Positions 6,385 to 13,926 of a DNA stretch of 64,000 nucleotides are shown here, piece after piece (the stretch's first letter is position 1; each line of letters opens with the position of its first letter). The notes under the pieces are model-generated. The model saw nothing but the letters and a program-made list of their open reading frames with translations, was not told the origin of the DNA and did no database searches. Source of the stretch: a virus; IMG/VR virus record IMGVR_UViG_3300042924_004713, positions 64,001 through 128,000 of that record; one strand, given 5' to 3'. Both the position numbers and the translations under genes were made by a program.

Positions 6385-6463
6385 CTCCCTGTGGCTCAGT
6401 CTGGTCTAGAGTGCTGGTCTGGGGGACCAGAGATCGCTGGTTCGAATCCAGCCAGGGAGACCA
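6385..6463 (+). tRNA. tRNA-Pro(GGG)
   Basis: Loop CTGGGGG, C1-G72, ACCA. Confidence 0.92.
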
Positions 6464-6466
6464 AAT

Positions 6467-6545
6467 GCCCCCATGGACAAATTGGCAAAGTCGGCTCTCT
6501 CAAAAGGAGCAGTTGTTCTCCGTTCGAATCGGAGTGGGGGTACCA
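6467..6545 (+). tRNA. tRNA-Leu(CAA), short variable loop
   Basis: Loop CTCAAAA, A73-CCA. Confidence 0.9.
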
Positions 6546-6548
6546 AAG

Positions 6549-6570
6549 AAAAACCCGCCGAAGCGGGCTG
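6549..6570. terminator. hairpin between the tRNA array and pqqA
   Basis: CCCGC-CGAA-GCGGG with an upstream A-run (U-tract on the minus strand). Confidence 0.7.
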
Positions 6571-6589
6571 TCTTGATCACTAACAACTA

Positions 6590-6664
6590 TTAGCGATTAG
6601 CGATATACATGGTGATTTCAAAACCAAAACGCATATCTTGTGCTGAAGGTGTAGTCCATGCCAT
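6590..6664 (-). CDS. pqqA: PQQ precursor peptide PqqA (MAWTTPSAQDMRFGFEITMYIANR)
   Basis: Manual reverse translation; W-x-x-P and RFGFE-x-x-x-Y signature; AAAGGAG RBS; terminator downstream. Confidence 0.95.
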   Translation of the reverse strand: MAWTTPSAQDMRFGFEITMYIANR

Positions 6665-6796
6665 GTTAGTTCTCCTTTGATAAAATTAACATACTGCATT
6701 AGTATGTAGCTCTATTATATGGCACAGGTCATGCTGAATCTTGCGTAATCTGCACAATTATGTATAGTGATTTTCATTAAACTTTAAGGAACCAGT

Positions 6797-7324
6797 ATGC
6801 CTTGGATTCAAAACATTTCATTGAGTGAAGTAATTAGGGGACACCACTACGATCCAGGTGTAAATTCCATGCTGATACAGATAGTGGATCCCGGTGTAGA
6901 GTTTCCTGAGCCCAAATACACATTCAAGGAGCGGCATCAGTTCTTTTTTCTAGACATTGAAGCTACGGATCGTAGCATAGATGAATCCTGGCGTTGTAGT
7001 CCTGAGCAGGCCAAGCAACTAGTAGAGTGCCTGCAACACGCCTTGGCTAATTCCATGAACGTGGTTGTGCATTGCCATGCTGGAGTGTGTCGTAGCGGTG
7101 CTGTTGCAGAAGTTGGAGTACTCATGGGTTTCCAGGATACCGAAGACTTTCGCAGTCCCAATCTCTTGGTCAAGCATCTAATGATGGAAAGTCTTGGCCT
7201 GGGATATGATCCTGAGGAAAAGCACAGCATCAATGGCGTGGCTTTAGCAGAGGATTGGACCACGGACAATGAAAAGGTTTTTATTTTGGCAGATGCCAAA
7301 AAGCAACGTAGGTTGACCAAATAG
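6797..7324 (+). CDS. dual-specificity/tyrosine phosphatase-like protein
   Basis: VHCHAGVCRS (CX5R) motif. Confidence 0.85.
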   Translation: MPWIQNISLSEVIRGHHYDPGVNSMLIQIVDPGVEFPEPKYTFKERHQFFFLDIEATDRSIDESWRCSPEQAKQLVECLQHALANSMNVVVHCHAGVCRSGAVAEVGVLMGFQDTEDFRSPNLLVKHLMMESLGLGYDPEEKHSINGVALAEDWTTDNEKVFILADAKKQRRLTK

Positions 7325-7341
7325 TCCGTTGCTGTTATACT
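7313..7341 (+). promoter_or_regulatory. sigma70-like promoter TTGACC-N17-TATACT
   Basis: Recurrent motif with 17-nt spacer. Confidence 0.7.
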
Positions 7342-7366
7342 ACACAATTAAAGAAAGGAGGGCCTA

Positions 7367-7930
7367 ATGCCTGCTGTTTGGTTAGTGAGTGACACACATT
7401 TTGGTCACGAAAAAACCTGCACGGTGTTCAAGCGAGCAGATGGCTCGCCACTGAGACCATTTACCAGTGCAGAAGAAATGGACGATGAAATGGTACGCCG
7501 CTGGAACGAACGTGTGAGACCCAACGACAAAGTGTATCACCTGGGTGATGTTGTGATTAATCGCAAGGCTCTTAAGACCATGGCACGCCTTAATGGTGAC
7601 AAGGTTCTTATTCGTGGAAATCATGATATCTTTCGTGATGACGAATACCGTGAATACTTTCGTGAACTACGTGCTTATCATGTGATGAACGGAATGATCC
7701 TTAGCCATATTCCAATTCACGAAGAAAGCCTGGCAAGATTTGGTACCAACATACACGGACACCTGCATGCCAATCGAGTCATGAAGAACAACGAGATTGA
7801 TGCTAGGTATCACTGCGTGTGTGTGGAGCATACAGACTTTGCACCCATACTGTTTGAAGATGTTATCAAGCGCATCACAGCAGAAGGTGGCACTATTGGC
7901 TTTCGTAATGGTAACCACGGCGTGAGTTAA
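7367..7930 (+). CDS. calcineurin-like metallophosphoesterase
   Basis: SDTHFGH, HLGD, GNHD, HGHLH motifs. Confidence 0.9.
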   Translation: MPAVWLVSDTHFGHEKTCTVFKRADGSPLRPFTSAEEMDDEMVRRWNERVRPNDKVYHLGDVVINRKALKTMARLNGDKVLIRGNHDIFRDDEYREYFRELRAYHVMNGMILSHIPIHEESLARFGTNIHGHLHANRVMKNNEIDARYHCVCVEHTDFAPILFEDVIKRITAEGGTIGFRNGNHGVS

Positions 7931-7968
7931 ACACAGCCACAATGGTAAATAGTGTTTTAGGACACTAT

Positions 7969-8268
7969 ATGAGAACCATTGTGGCTTGCATTGCCCTGTT
8001 GACAGCAGTGGTATCTCACGCTGAAACAGTACAATCAATCTTGATCTGCGAGAGCTGGCCAGTGGTCAGAGAAGTTATTAACAACAGTGCTGAACGGCCG
8101 TTGTTACGCGGCGTATCAAATCGTGGAATCAATAACGAACTAGTTCAATTTGAAACCATTATTTTTGTCAACCCAGACTCAGGTAGTTTTACTGTGGTAG
8201 AACGCTGGAACGATGAACTGTTTTGTGTGGTGCAATCGGGCGTGAACATGCACACCTATTCTAAATAA
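7969..8268 (+). CDS. hypothetical exported protein
   Basis: Signal-peptide-like N-terminus ending SHA. Confidence 0.65.
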   Translation: MRTIVACIALLTAVVSHAETVQSILICESWPVVREVINNSAERPLLRGVSNRGINNELVQFETIIFVNPDSGSFTVVERWNDELFCVVQSGVNMHTYSK

Positions 8269-8286
8269 CACTTCAAATACCTAGGG

Positions 8287-8315
8287 TTGACATTAGCCCA
8301 AATTTAGTGTATACT
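8287..8315 (+). promoter_or_regulatory. sigma70 promoter TTGACA-N17-TATACT, probably leaderless
   Basis: ATG lies 6 nt after the -10 box, no SD sequence. Confidence 0.7.
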
Positions 8316-8321
8316 CATTGC

Positions 8322-9323
8322 ATGCATAACCAAGATCTGCTAACTTCCTATGGCATAAACCAATCTATGTATCAACAGGTACTAGATCATATGTTCCCAC
8401 TTGACATCTATGAGTACGCAAGTAGAAAAGCCTATCTAGCAGAACGAACCAATCCCAATCGTGATCCAGGCTACGATATTCGCAATCAACAAGCATGGCA
8501 ACGTAGCTATGAAAACATCAAAGATCCCAGCTGGCCTGACTGCGCGACCCCAGATCACTTTGCAAACCTTCCACTACACATTCAACAGGAATGTATCACC
8601 CAACACGGCTTCAGCGCCGACATCTGGTTAGATCCCAATATACCTTTTGAAAAATTCCAAAGAGACCCAACCTGGCAACTTGATGCATTTGATATAGTGA
8701 GACTCAAGCTCGCATTGGTGGATAACCTTGACTCAATCAAACACAGAAAAATCATAGACTTTGGCACACATATTGGCTTGCTAGGCACTGTGTGTTTGCA
8801 CAATGATGCCGAGCACGTGATAGTCACCAACATCAAAAGTGATTGTCTAAGCATCGCTGATGAAATGCTGGCACTGAACAATCCACTGCGCCATCGTTTT
8901 CGTGCAGTGCTGAGTAACATAAACGATCTAGGAGAAACCGAAGCCTTGTGTTATGATCGCGACACAGTGATATTAGCAGCGATCATGAACATTGTTACTG
9001 ATCACTTTGGTATCATGCGTGCTATCACTCGGTCTAGACCCAAAACAATTATCATACAAAACTGGAATCCTCCTGTGATTGCCGCCCATCCAGTGCCACT
9101 GGTTTATTGGTGGTTGGAAGATGCCACTGTGGCCTGGAAAGGCTTTCATCCCACTGACATGGAAACTCGAGTGGGATGCCCAAACAAAGCTTGGTTTGAT
9201 ACCATACTGGGTGATTTTGGTTATCAGTTAAGCAAGTACACCCTGACCGACATCTCCAGTCCTTTTGCTGCGCTGTCACAGCATCAATTTGAATTCATGA
9301 CCTTGGTGTATGAGCTCAAATAA
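8322..9323 (+). CDS. class I SAM-dependent methyltransferase-like protein
   Basis: IIDFGTHIG motif-I-like segment; N-terminal SYENIKDPSWPDC extension. Confidence 0.6.
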   Translation: MHNQDLLTSYGINQSMYQQVLDHMFPLDIYEYASRKAYLAERTNPNRDPGYDIRNQQAWQRSYENIKDPSWPDCATPDHFANLPLHIQQECITQHGFSADIWLDPNIPFEKFQRDPTWQLDAFDIVRLKLALVDNLDSIKHRKIIDFGTHIGLLGTVCLHNDAEHVIVTNIKSDCLSIADEMLALNNPLRHRFRAVLSNINDLGETEALCYDRDTVILAAIMNIVTDHFGIMRAITRSRPKTIIIQNWNPPVIAAHPVPLVYWWLEDATVAWKGFHPTDMETRVGCPNKAWFDTILGDFGYQLSKYTLTDISSPFAALSQHQFEFMTLVYELK

Positions 9324-10857
9324 ACGAACCATTGTGATAGCCAGCTTGCCCTATCAAACTCCGGGATGGCCTGCCACGGCTCCTGCGTTGCTCAGTGCCT
9401 GTCTCAACAAAGCAGGAATCAGTGCAGTGCCAGTGGACCTGGCAGCTGAATTTGTGGCTGACTTTGTGGACAAATGCTACTGGCCAGAACTACTGTTCTA
9501 TATTAGTCAGGGTCCTAATCCAGATCGCAAACTGCCAAGACGTGTGTTTATTGATATACTAAAATGGAATAGACGCAAACTCTTGCAGATCAAACGCGAC
9601 TATGATCCAGACATCATGGGTTTGAGTGTGTTCAGTGTGATGAGTGAAACCTATCTTACCTTGATGTGCTACAGTATTAGAAGGTGGTTGCCGGGCGTAA
9701 AAATACTAGCAGGTGGTCGAGGTCTAGAAATTCTCACACAGGGAGAATACACCGGTGATACACATGCCACTGGCAGCAGAGCACGTTGGCTTGTTGAACA
9801 AGGCATGATTGACTGTGCTGTTACTGGAGATGCAGAAAGCTTTATAATCGACGTAATCAAACAAGACTTATATGGAGTTGTAGATTCACCGCCGCAGACA
9901 TCTGCTGATTTAAATCAGGTTCCTATACCAGACTGGGACAATTATGATTTTGATCTATATCAAAGATTTAATCCATCAGATCGTTATCTACTGATCACAG
10001 ACAGCAAAGGTTGTGTGCGTCGATGCACATTCTGTGATGTTGAGCATCTATGGCCCCGGTATATTTTTAAAGATGGCGAGCTCTTGGCAAAAGAAATGAT
10101 TGAAAGTTATCATCGCACTGGTATTGACTTTTTTAGATTCAGTGGTAACTTGATAAACGGTAGTATACCAAACTATCGCAAAATGAATCAGTATCTAGCT
10201 GATCACTTGCCTCGTACTCTACGCTACAGTGGTTACGCTATATTTCGTGGCAGAGAAAATCAGCCACCTAAAGATTTTGAACTAGCAGGACGTGCAGGTT
10301 GCCTTGAATGGATCATTGGTGTTGAAAGTGGCAGTGAACGCATACGATATGACATGCGCAAGAAGTTCAGTAACGCAGACATAGACTACACTGCCAATCA
10401 ACTACACGACAATGGTATCAACCAGGTATGGTTATTCATGGCTGGCTACCCCATGGAAACCGAAGAAGACTTTGAACAAACGCTTAACCTACTGCGCAAA
10501 TATCGCCATTGGGCCCGAGATGGTAGTTTGCGTGTGGCAATTTCATCGCCATTTACGCTGGGTGATCAAGTGCCATTGACCAATGATGACCGACTACGCA
10601 ACTACTATCACTTTGAACGTGAGCAAGTGGTCAAAGGTTGGAGTCATATTTTTTGGCACACACCAACCAATCCAGACAACACATATGAAACACGTTTTCA
10701 CCGTTATAGAAGATTTCTAGAACTGCAACAGGAACTGGGTTTTGGAGACCGTGACGGGCAAGAAGCAGATCGTATGTTAAGAGAACAGCAGGAAGTATAT
10801 GAACAATATCTTGAAGCCAAAAAATCTAAAAAAACTTTCGCTATACGCAAGATCTAA
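9310..10857 (+). CDS. B12-binding-domain radical SAM protein
   Basis: CVRRCTFC, GVESGS...MRK, GLSVFS and AGG...GDAE cobalamin-domain motifs. Confidence 0.85.
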   Translation: MSSNKRTIVIASLPYQTPGWPATAPALLSACLNKAGISAVPVDLAAEFVADFVDKCYWPELLFYISQGPNPDRKLPRRVFIDILKWNRRKLLQIKRDYDPDIMGLSVFSVMSETYLTLMCYSIRRWLPGVKILAGGRGLEILTQGEYTGDTHATGSRARWLVEQGMIDCAVTGDAESFIIDVIKQDLYGVVDSPPQTSADLNQVPIPDWDNYDFDLYQRFNPSDRYLLITDSKGCVRRCTFCDVEHLWPRYIFKDGELLAKEMIESYHRTGIDFFRFSGNLINGSIPNYRKMNQYLADHLPRTLRYSGYAIFRGRENQPPKDFELAGRAGCLEWIIGVESGSERIRYDMRKKFSNADIDYTANQLHDNGINQVWLFMAGYPMETEEDFEQTLNLLRKYRHWARDGSLRVAISSPFTLGDQVPLTNDDRLRNYYHFEREQVVKGWSHIFWHTPTNPDNTYETRFHRYRRFLELQQELGFGDRDGQEADRMLREQQEVYEQYLEAKKSKKTFAIRKI

Positions 10858-11215
10858 AGGCAATCCAGATGCTATTCAATGGCGAGTGCTGGGAGATCCC
10901 ATGCTTTCAGTTGTGATTGAACCCGGCCTAACAAGATTTGACTTTGAACACAATACCCAATCAATATCTAGCATAGGCATAGAAGTCATAGAAAGAACAG
11001 ACACAGAAAGCGCAGTCGTAGTTGAACTGATAGAACTGGGAGGAGAACCACTTAGAGATCTAGATCACTTTTGTGTATACCGATTACGCAAGGGTGGCAT
11101 CAAACGCAGTTATGGGTATCTTGACGAGCCCGGAGTGTGCATGTTCAAAATAAGATTTGACAGTGTTGCACACAACTTTTTGCTGTACAGCATGCAGGAT
11201 GTCAAGTATCAATGA
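10799..11215 (+). CDS. hypothetical protein
   Basis: ORF coupled to the radical SAM gene. Confidence 0.6.
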   Translation: MNNILKPKNLKKLSLYARSKGNPDAIQWRVLGDPMLSVVIEPGLTRFDFEHNTQSISSIGIEVIERTDTESAVVVELIELGGEPLRDLDHFCVYRLRKGGIKRSYGYLDEPGVCMFKIRFDSVAHNFLLYSMQDVKYQ

Positions 11216-11256
11216 TAGATTTTACTTAAATACACAGCAGTTTACAGGAACAACAT

Positions 11257-11484
11257 ATGAACATGGATCAAGCGGCCTTTTTTCTGGCCTCGAGTATATT
11301 AATTTCAATTACCTCTATTGTGCTTGCAGGGGCTATATTGATAATCAACAACCTAGTTGCAAAATATTGGAAATCATGGGGATGGAAAATAGTCCCATTT
11401 GACGACACAAATGTGCGTTATATAACCAAAGAAGACGCTGAAAAAGTTCGTGCGGCAAAAGAGCAAGAAGCCAAGGCAAAATAA
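11257..11484 (+). CDS. small membrane protein
   Basis: AGGA RBS, one long hydrophobic helix. Confidence 0.7.
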   Translation: MNMDQAAFFLASSILISITSIVLAGAILIINNLVAKYWKSWGWKIVPFDDTNVRYITKEDAEKVRAAKEQEAKAK

Positions 11485-11487
11485 TGT

Positions 11488-12072
11488 ATGATCGTCTATA
11501 TACACGGGGCTAGTGCCACTGCTGAAAGCTTCACACATATCAGACAGTTTGTAAGAGATCAATTCGAAGAACCAGACATCATGCTGGAATATCGAAGTGA
11601 AGATGGGTTTGATCATAACTTACAGACCATGATGGGCACACTTGATGATGCTGAAAGACTGTTTTTTGTCAGTCATAGCCTTGGTGGTATCTACAGCTTG
11701 TATCTGGCTGATCATTATCGCGAGACCACTCGCGGTGGCGTGAGTCTAAGCACACCTTATGGTGGTAGCGAGCAAGCTGACTTTGCCAAGTATTTTTTGC
11801 CTTTCAGTAGACTTATGAAAGACATTGGAACAATGAGTGCACCAATGATGGATAGCCAAAAAATCGCAGCGCCTCCAAATTGGACTCAAATTGTTACTAC
11901 CAAAGGACAAAGTCCTTGGATCAAAGAGCCCAATGATGGTGTTGTGACTATCAAGAGCATGCGCAGTAGACAGGACTTTGAACTTATTGAGATGCCTCTT
12001 AATCACTACGAAGTGGTGTTGAGTAACCAAGTGGTCAACATCATACTTGACAAGATTGGTCAATCATTGTAA
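11488..12072 (+). CDS. alpha/beta hydrolase
   Basis: IHG, SHSLGG nucleophile elbow, NDGVV, NH motifs. Confidence 0.85.
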   Translation: MIVYIHGASATAESFTHIRQFVRDQFEEPDIMLEYRSEDGFDHNLQTMMGTLDDAERLFFVSHSLGGIYSLYLADHYRETTRGGVSLSTPYGGSEQADFAKYFLPFSRLMKDIGTMSAPMMDSQKIAAPPNWTQIVTTKGQSPWIKEPNDGVVTIKSMRSRQDFELIEMPLNHYEVVLSNQVVNIILDKIGQSL

Positions 12073-12084
12073 AGTGTATTAAAT

Positions 12085-12234
12085 ATGATAGTCTGTGTAT
12101 GTAGAAATATCCGTGAATCAGATTTTCAAACCAAAGAAGAATTGGTTAAACGCATCATGGAATTGGATCACAACTGTGGACAGTGTCAGCAATACTGCGA
12201 ACAGCTAAAAGAATTGTTGTATGAAGCAAACTGA
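12085..12234 (+). CDS. Bfd-like [2Fe-2S] protein (49 aa, MIVCVCRNI...NCGQC)
   Basis: Manual translation; CxC...CGxC cysteine pattern of bacterioferritin-associated ferredoxin. Confidence 0.75.
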   Translation: MIVCVCRNIRESDFQTKEELVKRIMELDHNCGQCQQYCEQLKELLYEAN

Positions 12235-12560
12235 AAAGGGTTCTGGACGCGGGTTCGACTCCCGCCTGGTCCACCATAAGGAGATTGTATGCCAGTAGAC
12301 ATGTACTACTATACCGAAAGCGAATGGAACAGATTGGGCTGCGGCCCACTGCCTCCAGAACGCAACATACTTAATCGTCAGTCTCTTTATGATGGGCCAG
12401 ACATGGTTTCGACAGGGTCAAGAGTAGGCAAGCAGACAACACGAGAGTCGACTGACGTAATCAGCGAAACATAGTAACTGCAAACGCAGCTAACGACGAG
12501 GTATTCGCTCTCGCAGCGTAACCTCCGGGGCAGTTATGCCTTGTAACCCAAAATAGCAAG
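12215..12560 (+). ncRNA. ssrA: circularly permuted (two-piece) tmRNA
   Basis: Acceptor piece (T-arm GCGGGTTCGACTCCCGC, CTGGTCCACCA ending 12276) precedes the coding piece (GGGCCAG at 12394, G3.U pair, TTCGAC); tag ORF 12480-12521 ANAANDEVFALAA*; outer ends approximate. Confidence 0.92.
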
Positions 12561-12580
12561 CCCGCTTCGGCGGGCTTTTT
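12558..12580 (+). terminator. intrinsic terminator
   Basis: AAGCCCGC-TTCG-GCGGGCTTTTT. Confidence 0.9.
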
Positions 12581-12597
12581 CATGAATAAATATCAGT

Positions 12598-12798
12598 ATG
12601 TGGATATTGATCATCAGCATGTATTTGGCACAACCTTTGGGACAGACCCAAAGCAAAGGCATTATTCAAGCACCACAACCTGACTATGAAAGCTGTATAC
12701 GTGAACGTGACCGTATAAGAGCCACTTGGTATACAGAGGGATACAAGGTTAGCCCTCGCTGCGTCTACGTCAAACACTATAACTCCCGCGGCATGTAA
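12598..12798 (+). CDS. small hypothetical protein
   Basis: ATG follows TAAATA-N5; hydrophobic N-terminus, two Cys. Confidence 0.65.
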   Translation: MWILIISMYLAQPLGQTQSKGIIQAPQPDYESCIRERDRIRATWYTEGYKVSPRCVYVKHYNSRGM

Positions 12799-12821
12799 TT
12801 TAATTTCTCCAAACTGCCATT

Positions 12822-12850
12822 TTGTAACACAGTTGTAATACCATTGTGTT
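12822..12850 (+). promoter_or_regulatory. Pho-box-like 11-bp-period direct repeats
   Basis: TTGTAAC-ACAG-TTGTAAT-ACCA-TTGTGTT upstream of pstS. Confidence 0.6.
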
Positions 12851-12891
12851 TAAATATTCTTTGTGCATTGCACACAAAATGGAGATTACAC

Positions 12892-13917
12892 ATGAAAAAA
12901 CTTTTGTACGCGGCATTGACGGTGCTGTCATTTAATGCCTGGTCTGCTGATCTAACAGGCGCAGGTGCTACTTTTCCTTATCCTATCTATGCCAAATGGG
13001 CTGAAGCATATAAAGCAGCCACAGGTATTGGTCTAAATTATCAATCAATTGGTTCTGGTGGTGGAATTCGTCAAATCAAAGCCAAGACAGTTGACTTTGG
13101 TGCTAGTGACATGCCACTAAAGCCTGAAGAATTAGACAAAGAAGGTCTAATGCAGTTTCCTGCTATAATTGGCGGAGTTGTGCCTGTTGTTAATCTAGAT
13201 GGTATCGCAGCTGGACAGTTAAAACTAACTAGTGATGTAGTAGCTAACATTCACCTAGGCAAAATTACCAAGTGGAACGACAAAGCAATCACTGATTTGA
13301 ATCCCGGTGTAAATCTACCTGCCATTAATATCACTGTAATTCATCGTGCAGATGGCTCTGGTACAACATTCGTGTGGACCAACTACCTTGGCAAGGCCAA
13401 TGCTGACTTCCAAAAGACAGTGGGCGAAGGCACAGCAGTTAAATGGCCAGTTGGTATAGGCGGCAAAGGCAACGAAGGTGTAGCAGCACAAGTACAACGT
13501 ATCAAAGGTGCCTTTGGTTATGTAGAATATGCTTATGCAAAGAAAAACAAAATTGCTCACGCACAATTGAAAAATCGCGATGGTAACTTTGTTCAACCAA
13601 GCGACGACACATTCAAAGCAGCAGCAGCCAATGCAGATTGGGCTAATGCACCAGGAATGTATCTGTTGTTGACATGGCAAACTGGTAAAGAGGCTTGGCC
13701 TGCAACAGGTGCAAGTTTTATTCTAATGCACAAGCAACAAGCTGATCCGCTTACCGGACGTGCTATTCTTAAATTCTTTGACTGGAGCTACAAGAACGGT
13801 GCAAAAATGAGCGAAGAACTAGAATATGTACACATGCCTCAATCAGTTATTAAACTGATTCAAGATAACTGGCGTAAGGATCTCAAAGGTCCTGATGGTA
13901 ACACAATCTGGAAATAA
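12892..13917 (+). CDS. pstS: phosphate ABC transporter substrate-binding protein
   Basis: GAGATFPYP, YQSIGSGGG, DFGASD, RADGSGTT motifs; signal peptide. Confidence 0.97.
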   Translation: MKKLLYAALTVLSFNAWSADLTGAGATFPYPIYAKWAEAYKAATGIGLNYQSIGSGGGIRQIKAKTVDFGASDMPLKPEELDKEGLMQFPAIIGGVVPVVNLDGIAAGQLKLTSDVVANIHLGKITKWNDKAITDLNPGVNLPAINITVIHRADGSGTTFVWTNYLGKANADFQKTVGEGTAVKWPVGIGGKGNEGVAAQVQRIKGAFGYVEYAYAKKNKIAHAQLKNRDGNFVQPSDDTFKAAAANADWANAPGMYLLLTWQTGKEAWPATGASFILMHKQQADPLTGRAILKFFDWSYKNGAKMSEELEYVHMPQSVIKLIQDNWRKDLKGPDGNTIWK

Positions 13918-13926
13918 GGATCTATT

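Noticed and set aside
182-6593. Many ORF-track entries overlapping tRNAs or ncRNAs (for example 417-599, 943-1155, 2126-2593, 2643-3023, 4480-4743, 6391-6593)
   Set aside because: They are shadow translations of RNA genes, with no RBS and no protein-like composition
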